A stretch of 63,999 bases of DNA, filler included, from Octopus bimaculoides (lineage: Eukaryota): the NCBI RefSeq assembly GCF_001194135.2. It is 10 parts of 9 records of this genome, joined end to end, with 100 filler letters (N's around TTAATTAATTAA, not from the genome) between each part and the next. Parts side by side here need not be neighbours in the genome. Positions count along the whole stretch, not along the records: positions 15,017 to 24,546 come from NC_068982.1; positions 24,647 to 33,216 come from NC_068998.1; positions 33,317 to 36,018 come from NC_068988.1; positions 36,119 to 43,731 come from NC_068986.1; 6 more parts are not named here. The stretch is one strand, 5' to 3'. Position numbers and translations under genes: made by a program. Shown in pieces: positions 24,383 to 37,895 of the stretch (positions are counted from its first letter, which is position 1; every line of letters begins with the position of its first letter). Under the pieces are notes generated by a model. The model was given only the letters and a program-made list of their open reading frames with translations. It did no database searches and was not told the DNA's origin.

Positions 24383-25194
24383 ATGAAAAATAAGGCAGAA
24401 TGCTAAAATGGAGGCATATTTTAATAAGGATTTCTAACCGGCTTTCATTGCGAAGCAAATTTTCAAGAAGGAGAATGAAAATGTTTTTTTACAAAGAAGT
24501 ACAAAATGAAGAAAATAATATATAAAAAAATAAATATACCAATACANNNNNNNNNNNNNNNNNNNNNNNNNNNNNNNNNNNNNNNNNNNNTTAATTAATT
24601 AANNNNNNNNNNNNNNNNNNNNNNNNNNNNNNNNNNNNNNNNNNNNTATATATATATATATATATATATTCAGCTACCCATCAAACTTAGAAATATATCA
24701 TACAATTTGTACGTCTTCACATATAGACAATGAAATATCTTGAATTCACGATCAGGGTGTAGAGGTTAACAGGATGCACTATCAGAAGAATATACATACA
24801 CACACCTTAACAACTGAATCTGATCCTATACGTGAAACTATATGTATTTCATATTTTAAACACGATATCTATAGGTATTATATAAGGATATACAAATTTT
24901 ATGAAATTAATCAAAATGTTCACAAAAAACTATAATAGTCATTATGTCTGGATGTAAGACAGTTAGATAAGTTTAGCTATTTATAGAATATTTGTAGAAT
25001 TAAGCTATGAATATATAATATTGTAACGGTACTATTTTAAAATGTTGAATTGAACATCTTAGGGTGATATTAAATAATATCTTTATATCACTTTAGTTTA
25101 ATACAGAGGTACCTTGCCATATGCCTACATGAAAACTTTTTCATCCCTCGTATTAACTAGGTTCCCATTCCTTTTCCTTATTGTATGGTTTTAA

Positions 25195-25410
25195 GGCGTC
25201 GAGCAGGCAGAAACGTTAGCACGCCGGGCTAAATGCTGTTCAATATTTCGTCTGTCTTTACGTTCTGAGTTCAAATTCTGCTTAGGTCGACTTTGCCTTT
25301 CATCCTTCGGAGTCTATAAATTAAGTACCAGTTGCGTACTGGGATCGATCTAATCGACTGGCCGCCTCCCTAAAAATTTCGATCCTTGTGCCTGGAGTAA
25401 AAAAGATTAT
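25195..25410 (+). mobile_element. SINE family A copy
   Basis: GCAGAAACGTTAGCACGCCGGGC...GTTCTGAGTTCAAATTC...GTCGACTTTGCCTTTCATCC...AAGTACCAG. Confidence 0.85.
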
Positions 25411-26264
25411 TGTATAGTTTTCTTCCAGGCACAATGTACAAAATTTATTGTTAATTTTGTAAGGAGGTACATGTGCTACGATGTTCCATTTGATTATGTA
25501 GTTAACATTGTTCTTTTCTTTTTTTCAGATGCCATATTGTTTTTTGAGAGTCCAGTACTGTTCATTTTGTTTTGGTCCCTGAATGTCGATTCGTGGTTCG
25601 TGATTCGTAATCTAATCTAGCTTTGTGTCGATCCGAAATAATGGTATTTAGTCGAATCCTGTATTATAATTGTTGCTTGGTATACTACATTTTTTTTCTT
25701 TTATACTACTTTTCTTTCTTTTATAATTCCTGTCTAACTTGCATGTTTTTGGATTTCTACAATTACAGTTATGTGTAGATAATGGAAAATTATTCTTCTG
25801 CTTTGTTGATTTATATAAGTTATTGTTAGTAGGGGTGTTTATATTGTTATTTGTACCATAATGTTCTACTTTTATAAATTTGTGTGTGTTTCAGTATCAA
25901 TTTGTTTTTTTTGTTTTTTTTCATAGAATAAATCTAGTTTTCTATTATTAAGGGAAGGTATTATCCTAAAAAGGTTGGGAGAAACTGATATGTTTATTAT
26001 TAAATATTTTTGCATATCTAGTGTTTTTATTTTTTATTGATAATCATTCTAATAGATTTAATAGAATTTGTCTTTAATCGTTTATTGAAAGCTATTATGA
26101 TCCATCTGGTTTTATCTAGGTCTACCTTGCTTATGCAATGATTTCTCGTCAGAGTATCATTTTTTCTCAGACATGGTATTAGTTTCTTTCTAACTATGCT
26201 TTTATTATCATTATATAATAATAATAATTATTATTATTATTATTGTTGTTGTTGTTGCTGTTGC

Positions 26265-26304
<40 letters not shown>

Positions 26305-26944
26305 ATTATTATTATTATTGTTAATAACCGTGCTCGGGTAATCATATTTTTCATTTTTGGTATTTTTATGTTTATATTCTTCTTTTATTTTAAGGTTACA
26401 ATAGTCGTTATTTACCAAAGTATTATTTTAAGGATTATTGGCATTCATGTTATAATAATGATAATTATTATGATTCTTGTTCTTATTTTTATTTTTATTT
26501 TTTTTTTGTGGGGTGGTATTATGTTCATCATGCTTTAGTTTAATTTCTTAATTATAATTCTCTTGTGTAAGATGTTTGTTATATTTATGACTGTTATTGA
26601 GAATTTTCATGTCTTATTTGTGCGAATATACTATTTCGTTATATGTGTCTAAGTGTCTGTTTTTTTATTTTTTGTATTTATTTTCAATATGGTTTTTCAG
26701 TGGTATAATTTCTATTGTACATAATTTCATACTTAATTATATTTGCGTTTATTAAATAATTCTTCGTTTGAAGATAGGTAATTGATTCTTCCCTCTATAT
26801 TTGTACTAAGGTTTTCTATAATATTATGTCGATGGTTACTGTTTGCGTTTATATATATAATGTTGGCGTTAGGATTTTGATCAGATACGTAAATACCTGT
26901 TTTAAGCTTCAAGCTAACGTCAAGAAACTTTAAAGAAATATTAT

Positions 26945-27810
26945 CGTTTTCAATTCATATCGATAGTCCTTGAGTCTTAAAGAATATAGTCCGTTTTGTA
27001 ATTTTCGAATTTTCTATTTGAATTGCTCCTTATTAAAAATAGGGCGTCCTCTCGGTATATTCCGGCTTCTAATTCAGGAAATTCCTCCTGAAATGTATGT
27101 AGTAGATAAATGCCGATTATGTCGGTTATTTCCGGGGAATCTTGTGCGCCTATTGGTATATCGAAACAGTCCGGTATATCTTTTCTTTCTCAATATTTAC
27201 CTGCTTTTCTAGCTGCGAGTATAATTTTTATTTCTTTCATGGACAAGTCTGTTTTATTCTTCGTAAATATGAGTGACTTATTTAATAAAATCGAGTTTAC
27301 AGATTGGTAATAATCGTTAAAATCCATATAGATAAAATTGCATTTTATCTTGTCTTGAATCTTCGTAGGCCAATTAATTGCATCTTGTGCTCTTGACCAT
27401 AGGCTAGGTTTAATTTTGGTTTTTAGAGAGTGTGTATATTTATCTATACTTATTTTACGAAGTTTTTCAAGGTCGGATTTACATGGGTATATCATCCTTA
27501 CTTTAGGATCAATTTCAAAATTGCCTTTATGGTCTATGGTCTTTTTGGCTTATTCTTGGTTTAGAATTTTCATAAATCTCTGTACGTCGTCAATTTTGCA
27601 TTCATTTATTATTTTCTTAGATTCATGATTAATAGATGTGAGAACTTTTTTATTTATTATTTTGTATTTTTTAAGTATTTCCATATGTAACAATTCGTGG
27701 TATAGTTTCACGGTTACACTATACAAATTTCCAGTTTCGTTCACTTGTACGATTATTTATTTTGAATTTATTGTGAATTTTCATATCATGAGCACTTCTT
27801 CCAGATTCAT
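26945..27810 (-). mobile_element. Penelope-like element reverse transcriptase fragment
   Basis: Minus strand: DHKGNFEIDPKVRMIYPCKSDL...FIYMDFNDYYQSV... then FDIPIGAQDSPEITDIIGIYLL...GIYREDAL, equivalent to the PLE DHK/NP.KS, MGS..GAE and GLYRDDGL motifs; frameshifted. Confidence 0.88.
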
Positions 27811-28197
27811 TTAGAAGGAACGTATGATGATGAGAATGCATATATNNNNNNNNNNNNNNNNNNNNNNNNNNNNNNNNNNNNNNNNNNNNNNNNNNNNNNN
27901 NNNNNNNNNNNNNNNNNNNNNNNNNNNNNNNNNNNNNNNNNNNNNNNNNNNNNNNNNNNNNNNNNNNNNNNNNNNNNNNNNNNNNNNNNNNNNNNNNNNN
28001 NNNNNNNNNNNNNNNNNNNNNNNNNNNNNNNNNNNNNNNNNNNNNNNNNNNNNNNNNNNNNNNNNNNNNNNNNNNNNNNNNNTATATAAATTCACAATAA
28101 ATAACAGGCTGTGATATTTTATTTGACTTTATAATATTCGCTGAAGAACCTGGAAGAATGGCTTAAGATATAATTTGACAACGAATCTCCAGACATT

Positions 28198-28560
28198 TTG
28201 CACATAATACGTGATTGCTTTTCAAGCCATGAATACGAAGAACATAAACAGCTGACTAAAACGCGGATTCTCTATACAGAATCTCGACTTGCGAATCATG
28301 AGACCTTCTTTAGAAATGTTAATAAAAGAAGTAGCACTGGCCTAAGTAAATTTATCTGGAAACTAAACGATAGCAATATAGTTTATAAAATTAAAAGGAA
28401 AACTTTAAACAACGCTCATGCGTACAAACTACCGGCCAAAACCTGTTCCCCTTGCCTATATGAGACACACAACATTTTATTCTCTAAAGGTAAACGTTTA
28501 AATGATAGATCCGACAAAATTTCCCAATGTTTACAAGTACACAAATATATTTGTTTCTAA
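28198..28560 (+). mobile_element. Penelope-like GIY-YIG endonuclease C-terminal fragment
   Basis: RLANHETFFRNVNKRSSTGLSKFIWKL...TCSPCLYE...RLNDRSDKISQC matches PLE NH..SF..STELSKYIW.LK..C.LC..E..LN.R.E..C.H. Confidence 0.85.
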
Positions 28561-28941
28561 ATATACATAATTCACCACTTTTTTTTCTCACAAAATAATA
28601 ATAATATATAATGCATCTGATATAACTGCTCTAATATATTCTATATAGACCGACCAACTCTGATTATACATTCCAGCTTAATCACAATTTTTTATATAAA
28701 CTCTGCCTTTTAATGTTCCAATCACACAATCAGTATTATCTATATACTCTCTAAATATTATTTAGTAACCCACGTTTAATACTATTTCTTATAAGAAATA
28801 TACTTATAACCCATATTCTAATTCGCATAATATCATTTAACTCCTCTATATTTTTTCTACATGAATCTAAATATTGTCAGTTCACTCGCATATATGTATA
28901 AAATATCATACGCGTATATGTTTGTGTATATGTATATGTGC

Positions 28942-28983
<42 letters not shown>

Positions 28984-29109
28984 GTGTGTGTGTGTGTGTG
29001 TACATATGCATGTATCTATATCATATACATAATTTATGTTTATACCTTCAGTATGCGTCGCTTGCAAAATAAATATTTTTCTTGTCTATATTCCCCACAT
29101 ACCTCTTTG

Positions 29110-29990
29110 TAAATGTGTTTCATCAAATCCAAATTCTTTCCCCTAAGTAGACGATGGGAGATAACCCGTTGTTCTTGATTGTAACATTTTTTAGAATAAG
29201 TAGTGAGGTTTTTTTAAAAAAAGCTCCTTATATTTTTCCTTTGTTTTGCACAAATATTTAAATTCCTCATAGACGTAAGTATGATATAATCTTTTCATCC
29301 ATCTAATAGTCTTTCTGCATAATTAAACGTATGTTATATTGAAATGCTTTAGAATAAGTAACCAAAACTTTTCTTCATAATCGAACGATAAAACTGTATC
29401 TTTAAATTTTATTTTACATGTATACCCTTCACTATTAATTGATCTTAACCAGCGAAGATATAAGCCTCTTTACGAGTGAATCGTTAATGAAATTTCTACT
29501 TTGTTATTACCTAAGTACACAATATAGCCTAATCTTTCTTAGCCATAACTTTAAAATATTAAAATCTGCACATATAATTTATTTTATATATCCCTAATCA
29601 CTTATTGCTTTTTATAACATCATTCGATTCACTAAAATTTCATTTCATTTTTCTTGTCCCTAGCAACTTTATTTCTCTGTATATTCCTACTTCATTACTT
29701 TTTGTTATCTCTCCCTATTTCTTATCTCTTCTCTTTAATTCAATCTTTTTACTTAACGTCTTCACAATATCTTACCCTAATTCCATAATGTCCCTCACAA
29801 CCCCTTCCTGTCTATATATTCTCTTAAATGATAGCGTAATGTTTCTCAAAGCACATAACCGTGTATTTTTCAAATTTCTAATAGTTTCCTAGAAAATATG
29901 GATTAGCAAATACCTACTCCTATAATTCCCTCCGCGTCCCCTCTTACTTTTCTAGCAAACTAATGTATACATTACGTAGATACTTAACAT
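29110..29990 (-). mobile_element. Possible decayed L1/Tx1-type ORF2 (EN-RT linker) remnant
   Basis: Purine-rich, stop-riddled minus frames loosely resembling the linker region; no intact motif. Confidence 0.3.
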
Positions 29991-32452
29991 ATGAATATGT
30001 GGTCCTTATCCATCTTAACTAGTAAGCTTTTTGCAACCAACTTGAATTCCTGTGAAAAAAAAAAACAAAAAAAACATGTAAGTATTAGCATTTTGCATGA
30101 GACTGCTCTGAAGATATCTGATCTCTTTGTGGTTATTTTTTACGTCTAAAACTGTTAACATGGTTCAAACCCTCCGAAGCACTGTTTACACAGTGACCAG
30201 ATTGAAACATGTGTAGGCACTTCTTGAGCTTATTTTATGCTAGTGTATGTTCATTTAAATATTTTTGCTTTAAACTATTTGCTGTGTTCTTAATGTGATA
30301 CAAATAAAATAAGTATCCACAATATTTTTCTCCGTTTTCTTATAGTAATATATATATATATATATANNNNNNNNNNNNNNNNNNNNNNNNNNNNNNNNNN
30401 NNNNNNNNNNNNNNNNNNNNNNNNNNNNNNNNNNNNNNNNNNNNNNNNNNNNNNNNNNNNNNNNNNNNNNNNNNNNNNNNNNNNNNNNNNNNNNNNNNNN
30501 NNNNNNNNNNNNNNNNNNNNNNNNNNNNNNNNNNNNNNNNNNNNNNNNNNNNNNNNNNNNNNNNNNNNNNNNNNNNNNNNNNNNNNNNNNNNNNNNNNNN
30601 NNNNNNNNNNNNNNNNNNNNNNNNNNNNNNNNNNNNNNNNNNNNNNNNNNNNNNNNNNNNNNNNNNNNNNNNNNNNNNNNNNNNNNNNNNNNNNNNNNNN
30701 NNNNNNNNNNNNNNNNNNNNNNNNNNNNNNNNNNNNNNNNNNNNNNNNNNNNNNNNNNNNNNNNNNNNNNNNNNNNNNNNNNNNNNNNNNNNNNNNNNNN
30801 NNNNNNNNNNNNNNNNNNNNNNNNNNNNNNNNNNNNNNNNNNNNNNNNNNNNNNNNNNNNNNNNNNNNNNNNNNNNNNNNNNNNNNNNNNNNNNNNNNNN
30901 NNNNNNNNNNNNNNNNNNNNNNNNNNNNNNNNNNNNNNNNNNNNNNNNNNNNNNNNNNNATATATATATATATATATATACATATACATTGATTTGATCA
31001 ATGATATGAACTGTACTCTTGATTCTACTGCGAATGTATGTAAACTTGTCAGTAGCCTTCGGTTACCAATATATTTCAGATGAAATATATTACAAATATC
31101 TGTGTTGACATGCATTGTAGATATCAAAGCGAGGATCGCTATAAATCAAATAATTTCTGGTTTGTTCACAACTATAAATATTATGGTACTATTTGATTTT
31201 CCTTTCTACTCAGGTTTATATTTTCTGAAATTATACTTAGTCAATTTATTCTAAGCAACAGCCAAATGTTTCTCACTAAATATCCCACCTACTTTAAAAT
31301 AGATGAAGCAGCTTAAAAAGAAATGCTTTAAAAATAAGGTAACATCAATTAAACAAACAATGCGCAAACATCTGCATGTGAAAAAAATTTCAAGAATTAT
31401 TACCAATTATTGCCAGGAAGTGAAATCTAATAAGTATTTACTTCTGCAAGACCAGAAGCAACCACCTTAACTTATTTTTCGCTGTCTTTATGTATTTTTT
31501 GTAGTCATGGTCTTGCATTTGTCCAAGTGGAACATTAGCCACATCGAGTTCGCTAGTTGTGAAGGTCCAAGCGAAGTTCTTCTTCTGGTCCAAACCAATA
31601 CAAAACGAATATTGCTGCATTGCTCTTGAAATCAAAGCAATTGGTTACTTGTGTCACATGAAATAGGAAAACGTTGCTGTTTCCATGCAAAACAAAGCAA
31701 GAAAGTAACTTCCATGGCGTAGGCTGCTCTTCTAGAGAAATAGTAACCAAATTATTTTCTTAAAGATGCATTGCTTTATGTAGTCTTAAAATAGAAGGGA
31801 TGGTAATGTCTTGAACAATTTTGATAATTGTCTTTTGGAGTAAGGAGCAACTGTTTAATCTCGCTTTGCCTGCCTGAAAGAAATTATGAAACAGATAAGA
31901 TTTTTTTTTTTTTTTTGGAAAGTAAAGTGAAATCTTTGAAAACTTGAACATGGAATTGAAAATATAGTAAATTATTTTTAGAGACTAATTATCTGAGATT
32001 GACGCAGGCTGTGATGAAAGTAATAGTTATGATATCTAATTTTAGCAATTCGATTGAGCTGATAAAGGCTTCCTTTTGAGGACTGTACATTATATCATTT
32101 GTAGCTTCCTCTCTGTATGTGTGTGTGTGTGTGTGTTTAAGAAATTCTTAATTTGTTTGGTTTCGACATCCAAGCAATCTAAAAGGTATTTAATAAAAAT
32201 AGTTTACACGATATAAATTTATCGAAAATATATTAATCAATCACTTTTAATTTTCATGATTTTTATAACTTTCCGTTATATAAAATTTCATGGCAATTAA
32301 ATTGTATCTAATACTGGCATCTTATACTGGGATATCGCAGCGAGTTTCGGCATATTTAAATAATGAGCCATAAATATATAATTAAAAATGGTTATGCTGT
32401 GAAAAGAAAATACAGTTCCAACTTAAGGACTATTATTAATTTGATTATTAAG

Positions 32453-32660
32453 GCAGGGAGCTGACAGAATCGCACACCGGGCGGCATTTCGTCCGTATTC
32501 ACGTTCTCAGTTCAAATTCAACCGAAAACCACTTTGCCTTTCATTTTTTTTTTTTTTTTTTTTACCTTATTTCGATAAAACAAGTATCATCTCAGTACTG
32601 AAACCGATGAAATCGATTCACCCCCTTTCCGAAATTGGTGGTCTTGTACCAAAATTTGAA
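32453..32660 (+). mobile_element. SINE family A copy (diverged)
   Basis: GGCAGGGAGCTGACAGAATCG...GTTCTCAGTTCAAATTC...CTTTGCCTTTCA. Confidence 0.7.
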
Positions 32661-32928
32661 ATCAATATTATTTTCATTATTTTCTAGCATGCTGGAAGAC
32701 AACTCAGGATATATTTCCGTCTTATAAAATACAATCAAATAGCTATACTTGCTTGTACTAACCCAAATAGTGAATTACTAATTAAATGCACAATATCATA
32801 TATATTTAAGAAAGAACGTCACTGAGGTTAATGACATAATGTTCTCATACACATTCAACGTTCAAATGGTAAATTAACGTTAATTAATCCTTCTCTGTTT
32901 GTCTCTCCCTTTTCTCTCTCTCTCTCAC

Positions 32929-32981
<53 letters not shown>

Positions 32982-33317
32982 AAGTTCTTGCTGCCACGTA
33001 TGATACTTCTTACACTGATGATGATGATGATGATGACGATGACGATTAGGATCGACGATGGTGCTTTGAAATGATGTTCTTCCTTCAAGTAAGAAGTTAT
33101 CACACTTATTTTTGCACCTCACATTACTCAGATTTGTAACATTTCTTTTGCAGTGGAAATTCAAATGCTGCGGCTGATAAAGAGGTGTTTGCTCAAAAAT
33201 ATTCTTTTATTCTTTTNNNNNNNNNNNNNNNNNNNNNNNNNNNNNNNNNNNNNNNNNNNNTTAATTAATTAANNNNNNNNNNNNNNNNNNNNNNNNNNNN
33301 NNNNNNNNNNNNNNNNG

Positions 33318-33834
33318 CAGAATGCCTCCGCATGTGCAAAATGGTCGTGAATGATATTTCCCACGGACCCACACTTATCTTCACTTCTTGGACTAGTTGT
33401 CGAATAGTTATGCGGCTATCCTCCAAAATGGCGGCTTCCACTCTATGGATGATGTCGTCATGAATGGCTAAACGTGGTCGTCCAGAAATAGGAGCGGTTT
33501 CCACCGATGTCCGACCACATTTGAACTGGCGATACCAGGGCTTGACTACGTCGTATGATGTTGCATTGTCTCCATAAACTTCTTTCATCTCATCGAAAGT
33601 CTCCTCTGGTGTACGACCTTTCAAGTATAAGAACCTGATCACTGATCTGCATTCAATTGCCTCCATTAACACACCTGAGGCCACTTCAGCAGCCGTAAAA
33701 GACAAACGAATACTAGTGGAAAACTGCAATTTACAATGTGGCATGTAGAGATATGTTTGATTATATCTATACAAGTTCCGTTTCCTGCAATAACCGGAAG
33801 TGAGTCAGTGGAAATCTTTAATGAACATACCTCG
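33318..33834 (-). mobile_element. mariner DNA transposon 5' end: TIR plus N-terminal transposase (ATG at 33666), truncated by gap
   Basis: MEAIECRSVIRFLYLKG...EMKEVYGD..SYDVVKPWYRQFKCGRTSVETAPISGRP...DSRITIRQL, a mariner HTH region; terminus TA|CGAGGTATGTTCATTAAAG with TA at 33835-33836. Confidence 0.93.
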
Positions 33835-33836
33835 TA

Positions 33837-34415
33837 TTGTTAGTTCGTTAGGCTACTGTGTTTTTTAGGCGTAAGAGAATATATTTTCAATGCCGTTGGT
33901 GTAAAAACACCTTAAAGTAAGTCATAAGCAAGAAAGACAACTCACATCAAATCCCATTTTCTCGGAGCGACAGTGATCGATGTTTTGACTCACCAATGCC
34001 ACATATCGAACAGGTTTCGCTACAAGCTATCTCACGGGCTATGACTGTTCTCAACGATTTAAGAACCATCTGCTGGCATGTCGCAACATTTCATGGCACG
34101 GAAAGAATTCAAATATGAATTAGAAGTAGCTCCAGGTATATAAACAAAATCAAGCACACATACATAAAGGGTGTGCATTGTTAGTTCGTTAGGCATCTGC
34201 GTATTTTAGGCGCGAGAGAATATATTCTCTATGCTGCTGATGTAAAAATACCTGAAAGTAAGTCATAGACAAGCGAGACAACTCACGTCAAATCCCCTTT
34301 TTTTTTCGGAGCGACAGACATCGATGTTTCACCATTGTTTTGAATTATCAATGCCACATACTGAACAGGGTTCGCTGCAAGCTATCTTGCCTGCTATGAC
34401 TATACGCTCAATGAT
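33837..34415 (+). repeat. Diverged tandem duplication (period 341 bp; similar segments 33837-34060 and 34178-34415)
   Basis: Both start TTGTTAGTTCGTTAGGC and share AGAGAATATATT, AAAGTAAGTCATA, GACAACTCAC, CGGAGCGACAG, AATGCCACATA, CAAGCTATCT. Confidence 0.9.
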
Positions 34416-34462
34416 ACATACATACATACATGCATACACCTCCCATCTATCTATCTATCTAC

Positions 34463-34513
<51 letters not shown>

Positions 34514-34573
34514 CATATATATATATATATATATATAGATAGATATAGATATAGATATAGATAATAGATAGAT

Positions 34574-34616
<43 letters not shown>

Positions 34617-34889
34617 TGATGGACTGTCCCGTCGAAAACGACACATGAGCATTCAGTTTTTGCCGAGCGACCTGTGCATATGATTCATTTGTAGTGACCA
34701 GATGTACGTANNNNNNNNNNCCCCCCGTCAATTCGACGTTGCTCGAACAGGTGCCGTCAGGTGCCGCAGTGATCGGAGAGCACCATGAGATGAAGTGTTG
34801 TGGTCAAAGACACAACGCATCACACGGTCTAGGAATTGAAATCACGATGGGTAGATCAACCTAACTTCTAAGTAATGAACCCTCTCATA

Positions 34890-34936
<47 letters not shown>

Positions 34937-34937
34937 A

Positions 34938-35005
<68 letters not shown>

Positions 35006-35672
35006 NNNNNNNNNNNNNNNNNNNNNNNNNNNNNNNNNNNNNNNNNNNNNNNNNNNNNNNNNNNNNNNNNNNNNNNNNNNNNNNNNNNNNNNNNNNNNNN
35101 NNNNNNNNNNNNNNNNNNNNNNNNNNNNNNNNNNNNNNNNNNNNNNNNNNNNNNNNNNNNNNNNNNNNNNNNNNNNNNNNNNNNNNNNNNNNNNNNNNNN
35201 NNNNNNNNNNNNNNNNNNNNNNNNNNNNNNNNNNNNNNNNNNNNNNNNNNNNNNNNNNNNNNNNNNNNNNNNNNNAAGAAGAAGAAGAAGAAGAAGAAGA
35301 AGAAGAAGAAGAAGAAGAAGAAGAAGAAGAAGAAGAAGAAGAAGAAGAAGAAGAAACAGCCGCAATAACAACAATTACAAAGACAACGAAAGCAACAACA
35401 TCATCGGCAATATTTGTGAATCTTATTCCATATGTATGTTAAATGTGACACAGCGACGGTCTCTGCACTCAGAACTGAGTCAACCACGTGGTGGTTGGGG
35501 AACATCTGTGTAATTCATTGATCTGCTAGAAACAACAGCCAAATTACCCACAACTCACACAAAACCCCATAGAAAGGAAGATAACATGGTCCTACGTATA
35601 ATGCTTGAAAAAAAAAAAAAAGAGAAAAAGGAACAATTTTACATATCTGTCTATCCGTTGTATCTGCCAGGC

Positions 35673-35722
<50 letters not shown>

Positions 35723-35750
35723 CTGTACACTCTCACTCTCTCTTTCTCCC

Positions 35751-35781
<31 letters not shown>

Positions 35782-35917
35782 TAAACTTGCATCTTTTACT
35801 TTCAGTCATTAGACCTCAGCCATGCTGTAGCACAGCCTTGAAGTGTTTAGTCGAACAAATCTGTTACTTATGCTTTCGGTTTCTTTTTGCCGAAGCATCA
35901 TATATGCATACATATAA

Positions 35918-35953
<36 letters not shown>

Positions 35954-35971
35954 CTATATCCATCCATCCAT

Positions 35972-36018
<47 letters not shown>

Positions 36019-36837
36019 NNNNNNNNNNNNNNNNNNNNNNNNNNNNNNNNNNNNNNNNNNNNTTAATTAATTAANNNNNNNNNNNNNNNNNNNNNNNNNN
36101 NNNNNNNNNNNNNNNNNNAAAGAGAGATACGTAGTAGTAACAGAGGAAGAACGAGAGGGGGAAAAGGTGATAGAGAAAGAGATAGAGTAGCGTCAGAAAA
36201 TATAAAGTTGAGATAACTACTTACAAAATTGGTGACGCTGGCGTTCGGTCATGTAAAAACAAATAATAAATGAGTGTATGCATATATACGTACAGGTATG
36301 TGCATACCGACATCCACCTGTATGTGTAGGTGCATATCTGGGTACAGGACATTGCAAATATATATATCATAATGGTGCTCCTACGACCCCATCTAAGTAT
36401 CGAGAACGCAAGTTCAAGGCACGGTCACTATTACTCTATATAGAAACTTAACTATGGAAGATTTATTGATAAAAGAAATAAAGGAACAAAGACATTCAGC
36501 ACACGGGAAATAACGCACGAATTCTATCAGGAATTAAACAGTTTTTAAGCTGTCGACAACGATTTTATTATTTATTTAAGTACTTCCATGATCCTTTGCA
36601 ATATGCTGCAAAGCGTGCTAACAGCATCTCACTAATACTGTCATTGCACACATAAGATGTAACCAAGATAGTTTTGAAGTATTAGTAAAATTAGCAACGC
36701 TATTGTTTCAAACTGGTCAAAATGGCTGAAACAGAAATGTTACTTTTAAACTGGTTGGACAGCATAACTTTTATGTATTAACGGCAGTTAAAAATTGCTG
36801 AAAATTCTCGAGTGAATGAAGAAGGAAATATGAAAAA

Positions 36838-36985
36838 CAAGTAGCTTGCTTACCAACCACATGGTCCCGGGTTCAGTCCCACCGCGTGGCATCTTGGGCA
36901 AGTGTCTTCTACTATAGCCTCGGGCCGACCAAAGCCTTGTGAGTGGATTTGGTAGACGGAAACTGAAAGAAGCCTGTCGTATATA
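36838..36985 (+). mobile_element. SINE family C, 5' head
   Basis: AGTAGCTTGCTTACCAACCACATGGTCCCGGGTTCAGTCCC...GGCAAGTGTCTTCTACTATAGCCTCGGGCCGACC. Confidence 0.9.
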
Positions 36986-37629
36986 TGTATATATATTATA
37001 TGTATGTGTGTATGTGTTTGTATGTGTGTATGTGTTTGTATATCTGTGNNNNNNNNNNNNNNNNNNNNNNNNNNNNNNNNNNNNNNNNNNNNNNNNNNNN
37101 NNNNNNNNNNNNNNNNNNNNNNNNNNNNNNNNNNNNNNNNNNNNNNNNNNNNNNNNNNNNNNNNNNNNNNNNNNNNNNNNNNNNNNNNNNNNNNNNNNNN
37201 NNNNNNNNNNNNNNNNNNNNNNNNNNNNNNNNNNNNNNNNNNNNNNNNNNNNNNNNNNNNNNNNNNNNNNNNNNNNNNNNNNNNNNNNNNNNNNNNNNNN
37301 NNNNNNNNNNNNNNNNNNNNNNNNNNNNNNNNNNNNNNNNNNNNNNNNNNNNNNNNNNNNNNNNNNNNNNNNNNNNNNNNNNNNNNNNNNNNNNNNNNNN
37401 NNNNNNNNNNNNNNNNNNNNNNNNNNNNNNNNNNNNNNNNNNNNNNNNNNNNNNNNNNNNNNNNNNNNNNNNNNNNNNNNNNNNNNNNNNNNNNNNNNNN
37501 NNNNNNNNNNNNNNNNNNNNNNNNNNNNNNNNNNNNNNNNNNNNNNNNNNNNNNNNNNNNNNNNNNNNNNNNNNNNNNNNNNNNNNNNNNNNNNNNNNNN
37601 NNNNNNNNNNNNNNNNNNNNNNNNNNNNN

Positions 37630-37895
37630 CGAGGCTCCGGTAGGGGATGGTGGCGAACCCTGCGGTACTCTTCCACCACAACTTTCTCTCACTCTTACTT
37701 CCTGTTTCTGTTGTGCCTGTAATTCAGAGAGTCAGCCTTGTCACACTGTCACGCTGAATATCCCCGAGAACTACGTTTAGGGTACACGTGTCTGTGGAGT
37801 GCTCAGCCACTTGCACGTTAATTTCATGAGCAGGCTGTTCCGTTGATTGGATCAACTGGAACCCTCGACGTCGTAAGCGACGGAGTGCCAACAAC
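37630..37895 (+). mobile_element. SINE family B, 3' part (head lost in gap)
   Basis: Near-identical to 16950-17205 including the tail GACGGAGTGCCAACAA. Confidence 0.92.

Noticed and set aside
31437-31876. Exon-like GC-richer segment with acceptor motifs on both strands
   Set aside because: All frames are interrupted, no recognisable protein, and no frame continues the RWD-like gene
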